Shown here: positions 16,809-25,406 of the stretch, in pieces
Position numbering within the stretch: the stretch's first letter is position 1
Layout of the letters: the number at the start of each line of letters is the position of its first letter
Assembly: GCA_958296065.1 (NCBI GenBank)
Contig: CATQHX010000007.1
Coordinates: forward strand, 4,275-68,274
Direction: 5' to 3'
DNA from: Vicinamibacterales bacterium
GTDB taxonomy: Bacteria > Acidobacteriota > Vicinamibacteria > Vicinamibacterales > UBA8438
Length of the DNA: 64,000 nucleotides
The notes under the pieces: generated by a model
The model's input: the letters and a program-made list of their open reading frames with translations, nothing else
Databases searched by the model: none
Told to the model about the DNA's origin: nothing
Made by a program: the position numbers and the translations under genes

Positions 16809-18311
16809 TCAACGCCGGCGGGGGATCGGTTCGGTGAGGTAGCCGGTCAGCTCGCGCTTCCACCAGTCTCCTTGGGCACCCTCTTCCGGCGTCGTGAACC
16901 GGTAGCGGTACATCGCCAGCCGAACGAAGGCGGGCGGCTCGTCGTCGAACGGATTGCCGTCGAGGAGTTCGAGCGCGGCCGGGTCGTTTTCCAGGAGGCC
17001 GTCGACGAGGGCGAACAGCCAGTGGGCCTGCCGTTGCGGGTCGAGCGCCGCGAACCACATTTGCCAGTCGAGGCGCGGCATGTGGGGCTGCACGAAGCCG
17101 GGCGCGCGACCCAACTCGCCCGCCTTCCACGGAAACCGATATTCGATCCAGGTGTCGCCGTCCGCGGACCCTTCGATGACGATCTCCGGCCGCTCGGTCG
17201 TCATCACGCGGAACAGGCCGTAGCCGCTGACCGACCGTAGCGGGGCCACCGTGCGGAGCAGCGCATCGGACCATTCCGGCATCGGTGCGGGTCGCCGCAG
17301 CTCCCGCACGAACGTCAGCGCGCTCAGGATCGCCACCAGCGTGGCGACCACCGCCAGGGCTGTCCGCCGCATCCCGGGTTCGGGGACGCCACGCTGTGCG
17401 TATCCCGGCGGCGCCCACAGCCACGGCAGCAACCGGACGATGGCCGCATCGTCCAGCAGCGAGGCGTACAGCACCAGTGTGAGCAGGTTGAAGAAGCCGT
17501 AGTTGCCCGTGGCGGCGATCAGTACTTGCAACAGGCAGAGCAGCGCGCAGCCGGCGATGCGCGCGCCCCGAAACCGCGACGGGAAGAGAATGACGAACGG
17601 CACCACCAGCTCGACAACGAACATCACTCCGACTGACAGGGTGCCGAACCAGTCGGGAGCGTTGTGCGCGTACCAGCCGATCCAGGTCGGGAGGGGCTGC
17701 GTTTCGTAGTGATAGCGAAGCGCGGTCAGGCCCGACCACGTCTCGTCGCCGCTCAGCAACTTGGTGACGCCCGATAGAAAGGTCAGCTTGAACGCGAGGC
17801 TCCAGACGAGCCAGCGTGCCGCGGCGCTCGGCGAATGGCGGGTCTCCAGCGGCGGCCACCAGCCTGCGGGCGCATAGAGCACCGCCAGCACCCCGGTCTC
17901 CAGCAGCAGCAGGTCCCACTGGAAGAACAGGAAGTCCTGGCCGGCGACGGTGAGCGAGAGATACAGGGCCCAGAGGGACGCGAAAACGGCGATTGGGGCG
18001 ATGCCGACCATCGCCGCGATGGACAAGGCGATTCCGAGCCAGCAGAGCACCGTCAGGAGCCCGTCGCCGGGCCATAGCCAGAGCAGCGTCGGAAGCTCCA
18101 GGTAGGCGTCTATTCCCCAGAGGTCATGGGCCCGCTCGAGGTATCCGGCGGCGGGGAGCAGGCCGTCCGACCCCACCAGGCCGGGAAGCTGCGGTGCGAG
18201 AGAGGCAAAGGCCACGAAGTAGACGAAGCCCAGCAAGCGGAGGAAAATCCCGCGCGACAGCGCGAAACGGGGCGGCTCCCGCGAGAGGAGGAACTTGCCG
18301 CTGACAGGCAC
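16809..18311 (-). CDS. Lipase maturation factor (LMF1/DUF1222) family membrane protein
   Basis: FFQWDLLLLETG, YHYETQPLPTW, NYGFFNLLT, PHMPRLDWQMWFAAL, all characteristic of LMF-family proteins. Confidence 0.8.
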   Translation of the reverse strand: MPVSGKFLLSREPPRFALSRGIFLRLLGFVYFVAFASLAPQLPGLVGSDGLLPAAGYLERAHDLWGIDAYLELPTLLWLWPGDGLLTVLCWLGIALSIAAMVGIAPIAVFASLWALYLSLTVAGQDFLFFQWDLLLLETGVLAVLYAPAGWWPPLETRHSPSAAARWLVWSLAFKLTFLSGVTKLLSGDETWSGLTALRYHYETQPLPTWIGWYAHNAPDWFGTLSVGVMFVVELVVPFVILFPSRFRGARIAGCALLCLLQVLIAATGNYGFFNLLTLVLYASLLDDAAIVRLLPWLWAPPGYAQRGVPEPGMRRTALAVVATLVAILSALTFVRELRRPAPMPEWSDALLRTVAPLRSVSGYGLFRVMTTERPEIVIEGSADGDTWIEYRFPWKAGELGRAPGFVQPHMPRLDWQMWFAALDPQRQAHWLFALVDGLLENDPAALELLDGNPFDDEPPAFVRLAMYRYRFTTPEEGAQGDWWKRELTGYLTEPIPRRR

Positions 18312-18349
18312 GTCACATTCTATGGTCTTTGTGTTGATACTGTATACAC

Positions 18350-18583
18350 ATGAAAGCCGTACAGGTCATGATGGACAAGGGTCTGCTGCAGCGACTCGAC
18401 GCCGACGACGAGGTCAGACGCATCGGCAGGTCCGCCGTCCTGCGACGCGCGGCCGCCGAGTACCTCCAGCGTCGGCGTGCACGGCAGGTGGCGGACGCCT
18501 ACGCCAGTGCCTACGGACAGGACAAGGGGCTGGGCGACGACTTCACAGGCTGGGAGCACGAAGGCGCATGGCCCGAACGGTGA
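18350..18583 (+). CDS. Ribbon-helix-helix (CopG/MazE-like) antitoxin
   Basis: 77 aa. N-terminal beta-strand plus helices (KAVQVMMDKGLLQRLDA...SAVLRRAAAEYL). Overlaps the following MazF gene by 16 nt. Confidence 0.6.
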   Translation: MKAVQVMMDKGLLQRLDADDEVRRIGRSAVLRRAAAEYLQRRRARQVADAYASAYGQDKGLGDDFTGWEHEGAWPER

Positions 18584-18897
18584 ATCGCGGCGACATCTGG
18601 ACCTATCGGTTCGCCGCGCCGGACAAGCGCCAGCCGGTCGCCGTCCTCACCAGGCAGGAGGTCATCCCGCTGCTCCGCACCTTGATGGTCGCGCCGATCA
18701 CATCGACCATCCGCGGCGCGCCGAGCGAGGTGCTCGTCGGCCCGGAGCATGGACTACGGCAGGAATCCGCCTTGAACCTGGACCACGTGCAGACCGTCGA
18801 GCGCTCGCGCCTCGAGCGCCGCATCGGCCGGCTCGGTTCCGACGAGATGCGCGACGTCTGCCGCGCGCTGGCCATCGCCGTTGGCTGCGACGGCTAG
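18568..18897 (+). CDS. mazF: MazF/PemK-family type II toxin (mRNA interferase)
   Basis: RGDIWTYRF....KRQPVAVLT......L...MVAPITSTIRG.PSEV......GL...SALNLDHVQTV...RL..RIG.L is the PemK fold signature. Confidence 0.8.
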   Translation: MARTVNRGDIWTYRFAAPDKRQPVAVLTRQEVIPLLRTLMVAPITSTIRGAPSEVLVGPEHGLRQESALNLDHVQTVERSRLERRIGRLGSDEMRDVCRALAIAVGCDG

Positions 18898-18997
18898 AGT
18901 TGCCGGCAGATGGCGAAAGGATTCGCGCCCGGAGCGGCGGGAGCGGCGGAGTGCCTGAATCGCTGGCTCCCTTCCACACTTCGCCAAAGGCGAAGTG

Positions 18998-19071
18998 TGG
19001 CTGGGAGGCAGGGATTCGAACCCCGATTCCACGGTCCAGAGCCGCGTGTCCTACCGTTGAACGACCTCCCA
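18998..19071 (-). tRNA. tRNA-Gln(CUG), CCA encoded
   Basis: Hand fold: acceptor TGGGAGG/CCTCCCA, 3-bp D stem as in E. coli tRNA-Gln, anticodon stem CGCGG/CCGTG with loop CTCTGGA, T arm CGGGG-TTCGAAT-CCCTG, discriminator G, CCA. Confidence 0.9.
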
Positions 19072-19115
19072 GCACGAAGGCACAGGCGGGACAACCACCC
19101 ATTATAGCACCGCTT

Positions 19116-19973
19116 CTACGGCACAGGCCCCTGGGACGCCTCGAGCTCGATCTCCGCCGAGAGGCTCGCCGTCACGCCGTCCCCCCGGAACGCACCGGTC
19201 ACCGGGGCGGCATCGCGGGGATTGGCAGCGGCGGCGACGGTGACGTGGCGGTCCGTCACGGCGAGTCCCTGACTGGGATCGTACCCGCGCCAGCCACCGC
19301 CCTGCAGGAACACCTCGCCCCACGCGTGCAACTCGGTCGAGGTTGCCTTCTCGCTGTGGGCATAGCCGCTGGCGAAGCGCGCCGCCAGACCCATCGCCTG
19401 GCAGCAGGCGACGAACAGCACCGCCAGGTCGCGGCACGCGCCGCGTCCCACCGCGATTGTCGCTTCGGGGGCAAGCGGGGCGCCTTCCGGGCGGGTCTCG
19501 CGGACGAAATCCGCCCGGATCCGCCGTGCCAGCGCGAGTGGGAAGCGCGCCGGGACGCGCTCCGACTCGGTAGCCGCGGCGAGGGCCAGGTCGCGCACCG
19601 CGGGGTGCGCGGCAGCGGGCGGACGCCGGTACAGCGCGAGCCGCTCGTAGAAGTCGGGCGTGTACGCATGGGGCAGCGGCCGGTCCGGCTCGGTCACGAG
19701 AAACCCGAACGGATCGGTGAGCAGAGTATCGACGACGGCGCGGGTGTCGAGCCGCAGGCGGGACCACTCGCCCTCGAACCAGGCGCGGATGACGACGTTC
19801 CCCTCCGGATCGAGGTTGTCCGTGCGGACCACGGGCTCGGGAGAAATGTTCAGGGCGAAGTCGACGAGCCGGGTCGATCCGTCGGCCCGCGGCCGCAGCC
19901 GGATGACATGGGGTTCGAGAAAGACGGGCGTATCGAAGGTGTACGACGTTCGATGACGGATCGTGATTCTCAC
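19116..19973 (-). CDS. Transglutaminase-family protein (Bact_transglu_N + transglutaminase core)
   Basis: VRITIRHRTSYTFD start; catalytic GACRD...HAWGEV...GYDPS triad. GTG 19973 overlaps the upstream stop (GTGA). Confidence 0.85.
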   Translation of the reverse strand: MRITIRHRTSYTFDTPVFLEPHVIRLRPRADGSTRLVDFALNISPEPVVRTDNLDPEGNVVIRAWFEGEWSRLRLDTRAVVDTLLTDPFGFLVTEPDRPLPHAYTPDFYERLALYRRPPAAAHPAVRDLALAAATESERVPARFPLALARRIRADFVRETRPEGAPLAPEATIAVGRGACRDLAVLFVACCQAMGLAARFASGYAHSEKATSTELHAWGEVFLQGGGWRGYDPSQGLAVTDRHVTVAAAANPRDAAPVTGAFRGDGVTASLSAEIELEASQGPVP

Positions 19974-20737
19974 GATACGGTGGAGACGCGCGCTGGCGGG
20001 GCGGTCTCGATCTCGTCGTAGGCGCGGTCGAGCAGCTCTCTCGGCGTCTCTTCGATGGCGCGCCGGATGCGCTCGTCCCACCAGCGCGAGAGTTGCTCCA
20101 GGTCCTGCTTCTGAAAGCGGCGCTCGATGATCCGGAAGGAGTTCCGCCGGTAGAGCATCACGTCGATCGGAAAATCGACGTCGGCGGCGCTGATGCGGGT
20201 GGAATCGAAAGAGAGGCAGGCAACCTTGAAGGCATGCCGCATGGAATCCTCGACCCGGAGGGTCCGGTCGAGGAGCGGCTTCCCGTAGCCGACCGACCCG
20301 ATGACGTGATACGGGGTCAGACGGCCCGTGTCCACCCAGTTTCCTTCCGGGTAGAGCAGGTAGAGCTTCTGCCGGGCATCCCGCTCCATCTGCCCGCCGA
20401 TCAGGGCGTGGATGTTGAAGGTCATGCCGCTCTCCTGCAGTGCAGCCTTGTCCTCATGGGCTACCGTGCGCACCTGCTCGGCGAGCAGGTTGACGGCCTG
20501 GTAGAGCCGCTCGAACGGCTCGTCGCGGCTGGCGCGCTCCGCCAGGCGGTCCTCGAAGTAGGTGAGGGTCTTGTCCCGCAGGGACCGGAGTCCCGACGTC
20601 ATGACGAAGAAGGTGCCGCGCGGCGGGGAGTACACGCTCACTTTCCGGAGCGTGGTCACCTCGCGGCCCGACGTGATGAGCGTATCGGACAGGCCGACGA
20701 TGCCGTCCTCGACGTTCATCGCCACGCAGTAGGTCAT
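19970..20737 (-). CDS. Proteasome-type protease Anbu (ancestral beta subunit)
   Basis: N-terminus MTYCVAMNVEDGIVGLSDT with Thr directly after Met; Ntn-hydrolase beta-subunit-like length (255 aa). Operon context with ATP-grasp, alpha-E and transglutaminase. Confidence 0.8.
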   Translation of the reverse strand: MTYCVAMNVEDGIVGLSDTLITSGREVTTLRKVSVYSPPRGTFFVMTSGLRSLRDKTLTYFEDRLAERASRDEPFERLYQAVNLLAEQVRTVAHEDKAALQESGMTFNIHALIGGQMERDARQKLYLLYPEGNWVDTGRLTPYHVIGSVGYGKPLLDRTLRVEDSMRHAFKVACLSFDSTRISAADVDFPIDVMLYRRNSFRIIERRFQKQDLEQLSRWWDERIRRAIEETPRELLDRAYDEIETAPPARVSTVS

Positions 20738-21699
20738 CGCAACGATTCTCCTCGCCAGCGTTGCGCAAAGAAAGTATGCGTGATCTCGTTGCCGACGCCG
20801 TTCAGCTTGTCCTGGATCGCGTCGAGGAAATCGTGCAGGCCGGAACGGATCACATCGACGATGTCAGTATAGTCGAGCTCCGCCACGAGCTGCCCGAGTG
20901 CGCGTTCGGCAGTGTTGGCGAAGCGGCGGATCGGTGTCCCCGTGACGGCGTGGAGCGAGATCTGCGCCTGGTTGACGCAGTGATGCACCGAGCGCGGAAA
21001 CTCGCGGTTGAGCAGGAGGAAGCCGGCCACCGCCCGCGCCGCCACCCGGCCGTGCGTCCGGCGGTACGCTTCGAAAGCGCTCGCCGAGCGGAGAAGCGCC
21101 CCCCACTGCAGGTCGTCGATAGGTCTTCCCACGTCGTCGGCCGACGGCAGCAGCAGGAAGTACTTGACGTCGAGGATTCGCGTGGTCTGGTCGGCGCGCT
21201 CGATGAACCGCCCGATGCGGCTGAAGTGCCAGCCCTCGGCGTGCTCCATCGTCTCGTTCTTCGTGCCCTCGATCAGGTGGCTGCAGCGGCGGACATGCTC
21301 GAAGAAGGCATGCGCGTCGGACAGCGCGCGCTGACGCGCATCCGGCTCGCGCAGGAAGAGATAGAACCGGTTGATCTCGCCCCACATCTCCGACGAGATG
21401 ATTTCGCGCACCGAACGGGCGTTCTCGCGCGCCCGGGTCAGGCACGAGACGATCGAATTCGGGTTCGCCGCGTCGAAGGTCAGAAACTCGATCACGTTCG
21501 ATCTCGTCGCCGCTTCGTAGCGGGTCTGAAACCGCTCCTCGTCGCCGGTGACCTTCACCATCGGGTCCCACTGCTCCTCCGTGAGGTCGGGCAGATCGAG
21601 CTGCAACCGGTTGTTGACGCCGACGACGCGCGCGACGTTCTCGGCGCGCTCGATGTAGCGGCTCATCCAGTAGATCGACTCGGCGACGCGGCTCAGCAT
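20734..21699 (-). CDS. Alpha-E domain protein (DUF403)
   Basis: MLSRVAESIYWMSRYIERAENVARV start and a second ERAD-type repeat (FSRIGRFIERADQTTRIL). Its stop overlaps the Anbu ATG (ATGA). Confidence 0.85.
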   Translation of the reverse strand: MLSRVAESIYWMSRYIERAENVARVVGVNNRLQLDLPDLTEEQWDPMVKVTGDEERFQTRYEAATRSNVIEFLTFDAANPNSIVSCLTRARENARSVREIISSEMWGEINRFYLFLREPDARQRALSDAHAFFEHVRRCSHLIEGTKNETMEHAEGWHFSRIGRFIERADQTTRILDVKYFLLLPSADDVGRPIDDLQWGALLRSASAFEAYRRTHGRVAARAVAGFLLLNREFPRSVHHCVNQAQISLHAVTGTPIRRFANTAERALGQLVAELDYTDIVDVIRSGLHDFLDAIQDKLNGVGNEITHTFFAQRWRGESLR

Positions 21700-21712
21700 G
21701 GTACGAGGCAGG

Positions 21713-23140
21713 TCAGGACAGCACCCAGGTGTCCTTGCTGCCGCCCCCTTGCGAGGAATTCACGACCAGGGAGCCCTTCTTGAGGGCGACGCGCGTGAGT
21801 CCGCCCGGCAGGACGTAGACGTCGCGTCCGTACAGGATGTAGGGGCGCAGGTCGACGTGCCGGCCCTCGAACCGGCGCTCGACGCGCGTGGGCACGCGCG
21901 ACAGGTCGACCTTCGGCTGGGCGATGTAGTTGCGCGGCGTGGCCTCGATCCGTGCCCGGAACGCTTCCAGCTCGGCCGGGGTGGCGGCCGGCCCGACGAG
22001 CATGCCGTAGCCGCCCGAGGCGTTGGCCGGCTTGACGAACAGCTCCGGGAGGTGGTCGAGGACGTAGCGGCGGTCCTCGTCGCGCCAGCACAGGTGGGTC
22101 GGGACATTGGGCAGGATCGGTTCCTGATCGAGGTAGTACTTGATCATCTGCGGAACGTAGGCGTAGACGACCTTGTCGTCGGCGACGCCGGTGCCCGGCG
22201 CGTTGACCAGCGTGACCCGTCCCCGCTGGTACAGGTCCATCAAGCCGGGAACGCCCAGCAGGGAGTCGGCGCGGAAACGGGTCGGGTCCAGGAAGTCGTC
22301 GTCGATCCGCCGGTAGAGGACGTCGACACGCTCGAAGCCGCGGGTGGTGCGCATCTGCAGGCGATCGTCCGCCACCACGAGGTCGCGTCCTTCGACCAGC
22401 TCCACCCCCATCTGCCGCGCGAGGAACGAATGCTCGAAGTAGGCGGAGTTGTAGACGCCCGGTGTCAGCACCGCGACCCTGGGCCGATCGACATCCGCCG
22501 GCCCGACGTCCTCGAGCATCGACAGCAGGCGACTCGGGTAGTCGATGACTGGGCGCACGCCCAGCCCTTCGAAGAGGGGGAACGTCGCGGTCATCACGGC
22601 GCGGTTCTCGAGCACGTACGAGACTCCGGAGGGAGAGCGGAGATTGTCCTCCAGGACGTAGATCGTCCCGTCCGAACCGCGTACGAGGTCGGTGCCGGTG
22701 ATGTGGCACCAGACGCCCCGCGGCGGGTCGATGCCGATGCACTCGGCACGGTAGCCTTCGGAAGAATCGATGACGTCGGCCGGCACCACGCCGTCACGTA
22801 CTATCTTGCGGTCGTGGTAGACGTCGTCGATGAACAGGTTCAGCGCTTCCACGCGCTGCTTGAGCCCGCGTTCGATCGGGTCCCAGGTCTCGCGCGACAC
22901 GATCCGCGGCACGATGTCGAACGGAAAAATCCGCTCGGTGCCCGCCTCGTCTCCGTAGACGGTGAAGGTGATGCCGGTGTGGAGGAGCGATCGCTCCGCC
23001 GCCTGGTGGCGCCGGACGAGCTCGCCGTCGGGCAGGCTCTCGATGCGCTCGACGAGCCGCCGCGCCTCCGGGCGGGCCGAGCCGTCCGGCAGGAACATCT
23101 CGTCGTAGAAGCTCTCGGTGTCGTAGTCCTCGAACGTCAT
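21713..23140 (-). CDS. Circularly permuted type-2 ATP-grasp protein (DUF404/DUF407)
   Basis: ESFYDEMF, GITFTVYGDE.G.ERIFPFD.VPRI, YVLEDNLR.PSGVSY, VNAPGTGVADDK.VY.YVP. ATG 23140 chosen; the ORF extends 23 codons further upstream. Confidence 0.85.
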   Translation of the reverse strand: MTFEDYDTESFYDEMFLPDGSARPEARRLVERIESLPDGELVRRHQAAERSLLHTGITFTVYGDEAGTERIFPFDIVPRIVSRETWDPIERGLKQRVEALNLFIDDVYHDRKIVRDGVVPADVIDSSEGYRAECIGIDPPRGVWCHITGTDLVRGSDGTIYVLEDNLRSPSGVSYVLENRAVMTATFPLFEGLGVRPVIDYPSRLLSMLEDVGPADVDRPRVAVLTPGVYNSAYFEHSFLARQMGVELVEGRDLVVADDRLQMRTTRGFERVDVLYRRIDDDFLDPTRFRADSLLGVPGLMDLYQRGRVTLVNAPGTGVADDKVVYAYVPQMIKYYLDQEPILPNVPTHLCWRDEDRRYVLDHLPELFVKPANASGGYGMLVGPAATPAELEAFRARIEATPRNYIAQPKVDLSRVPTRVERRFEGRHVDLRPYILYGRDVYVLPGGLTRVALKKGSLVVNSSQGGGSKDTWVLS

Positions 23141-23348
23141 GCGGCAGGCACGCTCCAGCTCATATACTGCCACGCTGGTCCCGGGGCCGCATCCGACCCC
23201 GTCTTGCAAGCATCGGGTGTCGGGTAATTCGCGCGGGTCGAGAGGAGCGGTCCCATCGTCCCTTCAGGCCGTCAGCCGCGGGCGCGTGTACCATGGTTCC
23301 CGTTGCGGCGGCGCGGGTCGCCCCGCGCATCGCGAGGGAGTTTCTTCC

Positions 23349-24371
23349 ATGTTGTCGTTCCGTCGTCTGCTGAGCCGGTTGCTGCGCCGCTGGGACCACG
23401 ACGTCACGGACGACGACATCTATTACGCCTATCGGTTGTTCCTGAGGCGCCCGCCGGATCCGGCAGGCCTTGCCCACTATCGACGCGAGATGGCACGCGG
23501 CATCTCGCTCGATGAGTTGGCCAGCAGCTTCATCAAGTCGGAGGAAGCGCGCGGACCGGCAAGGCACGGTCCCACGGCGGTGGACCTGGGCGGGTACCAG
23601 GTCTGCATCAACGAGGAGCTGGAGACCGAACCGTTCCTGCGTCGGATCGTCAACACCCGCGAGTACGAGCCGCATGTGCGGCGGGCGATCCGGGATCGGG
23701 TTCAGGAGGGGGACGTGGTCGTCGATGTGGGTGCCAACGTGGGCTGCATCGCCCTGCTGGCCGCGGCTCTGGCGGGCGGGCGCGGGTTGGTGGCCGCGGT
23801 CGAGCCCAACCCCGAGAACGTCCAACTGCTGTGCGCCGGCGTTGCGCTGAACGAGGCGCACAACGTCCGAGTACTGCCTTGCGCGGCATCCGACCGGGCC
23901 GGGGTGGTCTCCATCACCCGCGGCTCCAACTCCCATCTGGTCGGCGTTCAGCCGCCGGGTCCGGCCGTGGTCTACGCGCAATCGGTGGCGCTCGACGAGG
24001 CGCTGTCGTGGCTGCCCCGCCTCGATCTGGTAAAAATGGACGTCGAGGGACACGAGACGCTCGCTTTCGACGGCTTCCGCAAGTCGATCGAGCGTCACCG
24101 GCCGACGCTGGTCATCGAATTCAATCCGACCTGCATGATCAACCACGGGCAGCAGGACCCGGCGGTGCTGATCGACCGGATCCTGTCGCTGTACCCCTGC
24201 GTGCGGGTCACGAGCGAGCACGGCGACGACGCTTCGTTCGATCGGAGGGCCGACCTGCTGGCATACTGGGAACTGCGCAACGCCGAGATGAATGACGCGC
24301 GCCGGATCCCGGACGACACCCTCCACTTCGACCTGATCGTCGAGCGGGGTCGGCCGCGCCCGGCCGCCTGA
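23349..24371 (+). CDS. FkbM-family SAM-dependent methyltransferase with N-terminal DUF4214-like segment
   Basis: VVDVGANVGC, VAAVEPNPEN, LVKMDVEGHE. N-terminal YAYRLFLRRPPDPAGLAHY......ISLDELASSFIKSEE. Confidence 0.75.
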   Translation: MLSFRRLLSRLLRRWDHDVTDDDIYYAYRLFLRRPPDPAGLAHYRREMARGISLDELASSFIKSEEARGPARHGPTAVDLGGYQVCINEELETEPFLRRIVNTREYEPHVRRAIRDRVQEGDVVVDVGANVGCIALLAAALAGGRGLVAAVEPNPENVQLLCAGVALNEAHNVRVLPCAASDRAGVVSITRGSNSHLVGVQPPGPAVVYAQSVALDEALSWLPRLDLVKMDVEGHETLAFDGFRKSIERHRPTLVIEFNPTCMINHGQQDPAVLIDRILSLYPCVRVTSEHGDDASFDRRADLLAYWELRNAEMNDARRIPDDTLHFDLIVERGRPRPAA

Positions 24372-24413
24372 GGCGTTCTCCGGCCCCGGCGGCCGTATCC
24401 GTTTCCCCACCCG

Positions 24414-25217
24414 TCAGCCGCTGATGCGCTCTTCGATCAGCGCGACACCGCCGAGTCGCGTCATCTGGGTGCGAATCCATGCCTGTCTCCGCCGCACGCG
24501 ACTCGACGGATTATCGACGCGCCATCCGGAGGGATAGGGGAGCACCGCCGCCAGCAGCGCCGCCTCGTCCGCGTTCAGCTCCGCCGGGCGCTTGTCGAAG
24601 AACCGCTCGCTGGCCGCCGTGATCCCGAACACGCCCGTCCCGAACTCCGCGACGTTGAGGTACACCTCCATGATCCGCCGCTTGCTCCAGCAGAGCTCGA
24701 TGAGCACCGTCAGGTAGGCTTCCAGCCCCTTGCGGAACAGGCTGCGGCCGGGCCACAGGAACAGGTTCTTGGCGGTCTGCTGCGAGATCGTGCTTGCCCC
24801 GCGCAGCCGCTCGCCTTGCAGGGCGTCGCCCAACGCCATACGGATGGCCTCGACGTCGAAGCCGTTATGGTCCGGGAACTTCTGGTCCTCGGACGCGATG
24901 ACGGCAACCGCCGCCTGAGGGGCGATGTCCTCCCAGCGGGTCCAGCGGTAGGGCATCCGCTCGGTCGTCGCCGGGCCGGTCGCGGCAAGCGCGTCCCGTG
25001 CCATGAAGGCCGTGGTCGGCGGCGGTACCCAGCGCAGCAGGAGGACCAGCGCCAACGGGGCGATGAGACCGGTGGCGAGCAGCAGCAGGAAGGCACGTCC
25101 GCAAGCGCGCCTGAAGCGGGCGAGCCGCGTCCGGCGAGGGGCCTTGCGCCGGCGGCCCGTGGACCGCGCGCGGCTGGCGCGGGTGGGAGGTGGTTTTTTC
25201 GTGCGTGCGTTATTCAT
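24414..25217 (-). CDS. mtgA: Monofunctional biosynthetic peptidoglycan transglycosylase
   Basis: GT51 motifs IASEDQKFPDHNGFD, RGASTISQQTAKNLFL, RKGLEAYLT..IE...SKRRIMEVYLNVAEFG. Single N-terminal TM. Confidence 0.9.
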   Translation of the reverse strand: MNNARTKKPPPTRASRARSTGRRRKAPRRTRLARFRRACGRAFLLLLATGLIAPLALVLLLRWVPPPTTAFMARDALAATGPATTERMPYRWTRWEDIAPQAAVAVIASEDQKFPDHNGFDVEAIRMALGDALQGERLRGASTISQQTAKNLFLWPGRSLFRKGLEAYLTVLIELCWSKRRIMEVYLNVAEFGTGVFGITAASERFFDKRPAELNADEAALLAAVLPYPSGWRVDNPSSRVRRRQAWIRTQMTRLGGVALIEERISG

Positions 25218-25406
25218 CGGTGCTTGTGGGATGGGCCGTGGGTATATCCGAACGTGCTTCTGCGAACGAAATCCCTATGAGGGTACGGCAACAGCCTGGA
25301 TCCGGGGAGCAGCACTTCCGTAATGTCTTGTCGGTCGTTCGGCGTGCGATCGTTCGGCATACCATTGATCTCGTCACGCCGAGGCGTTCACCGGAAACAC
25401 GCGAAG

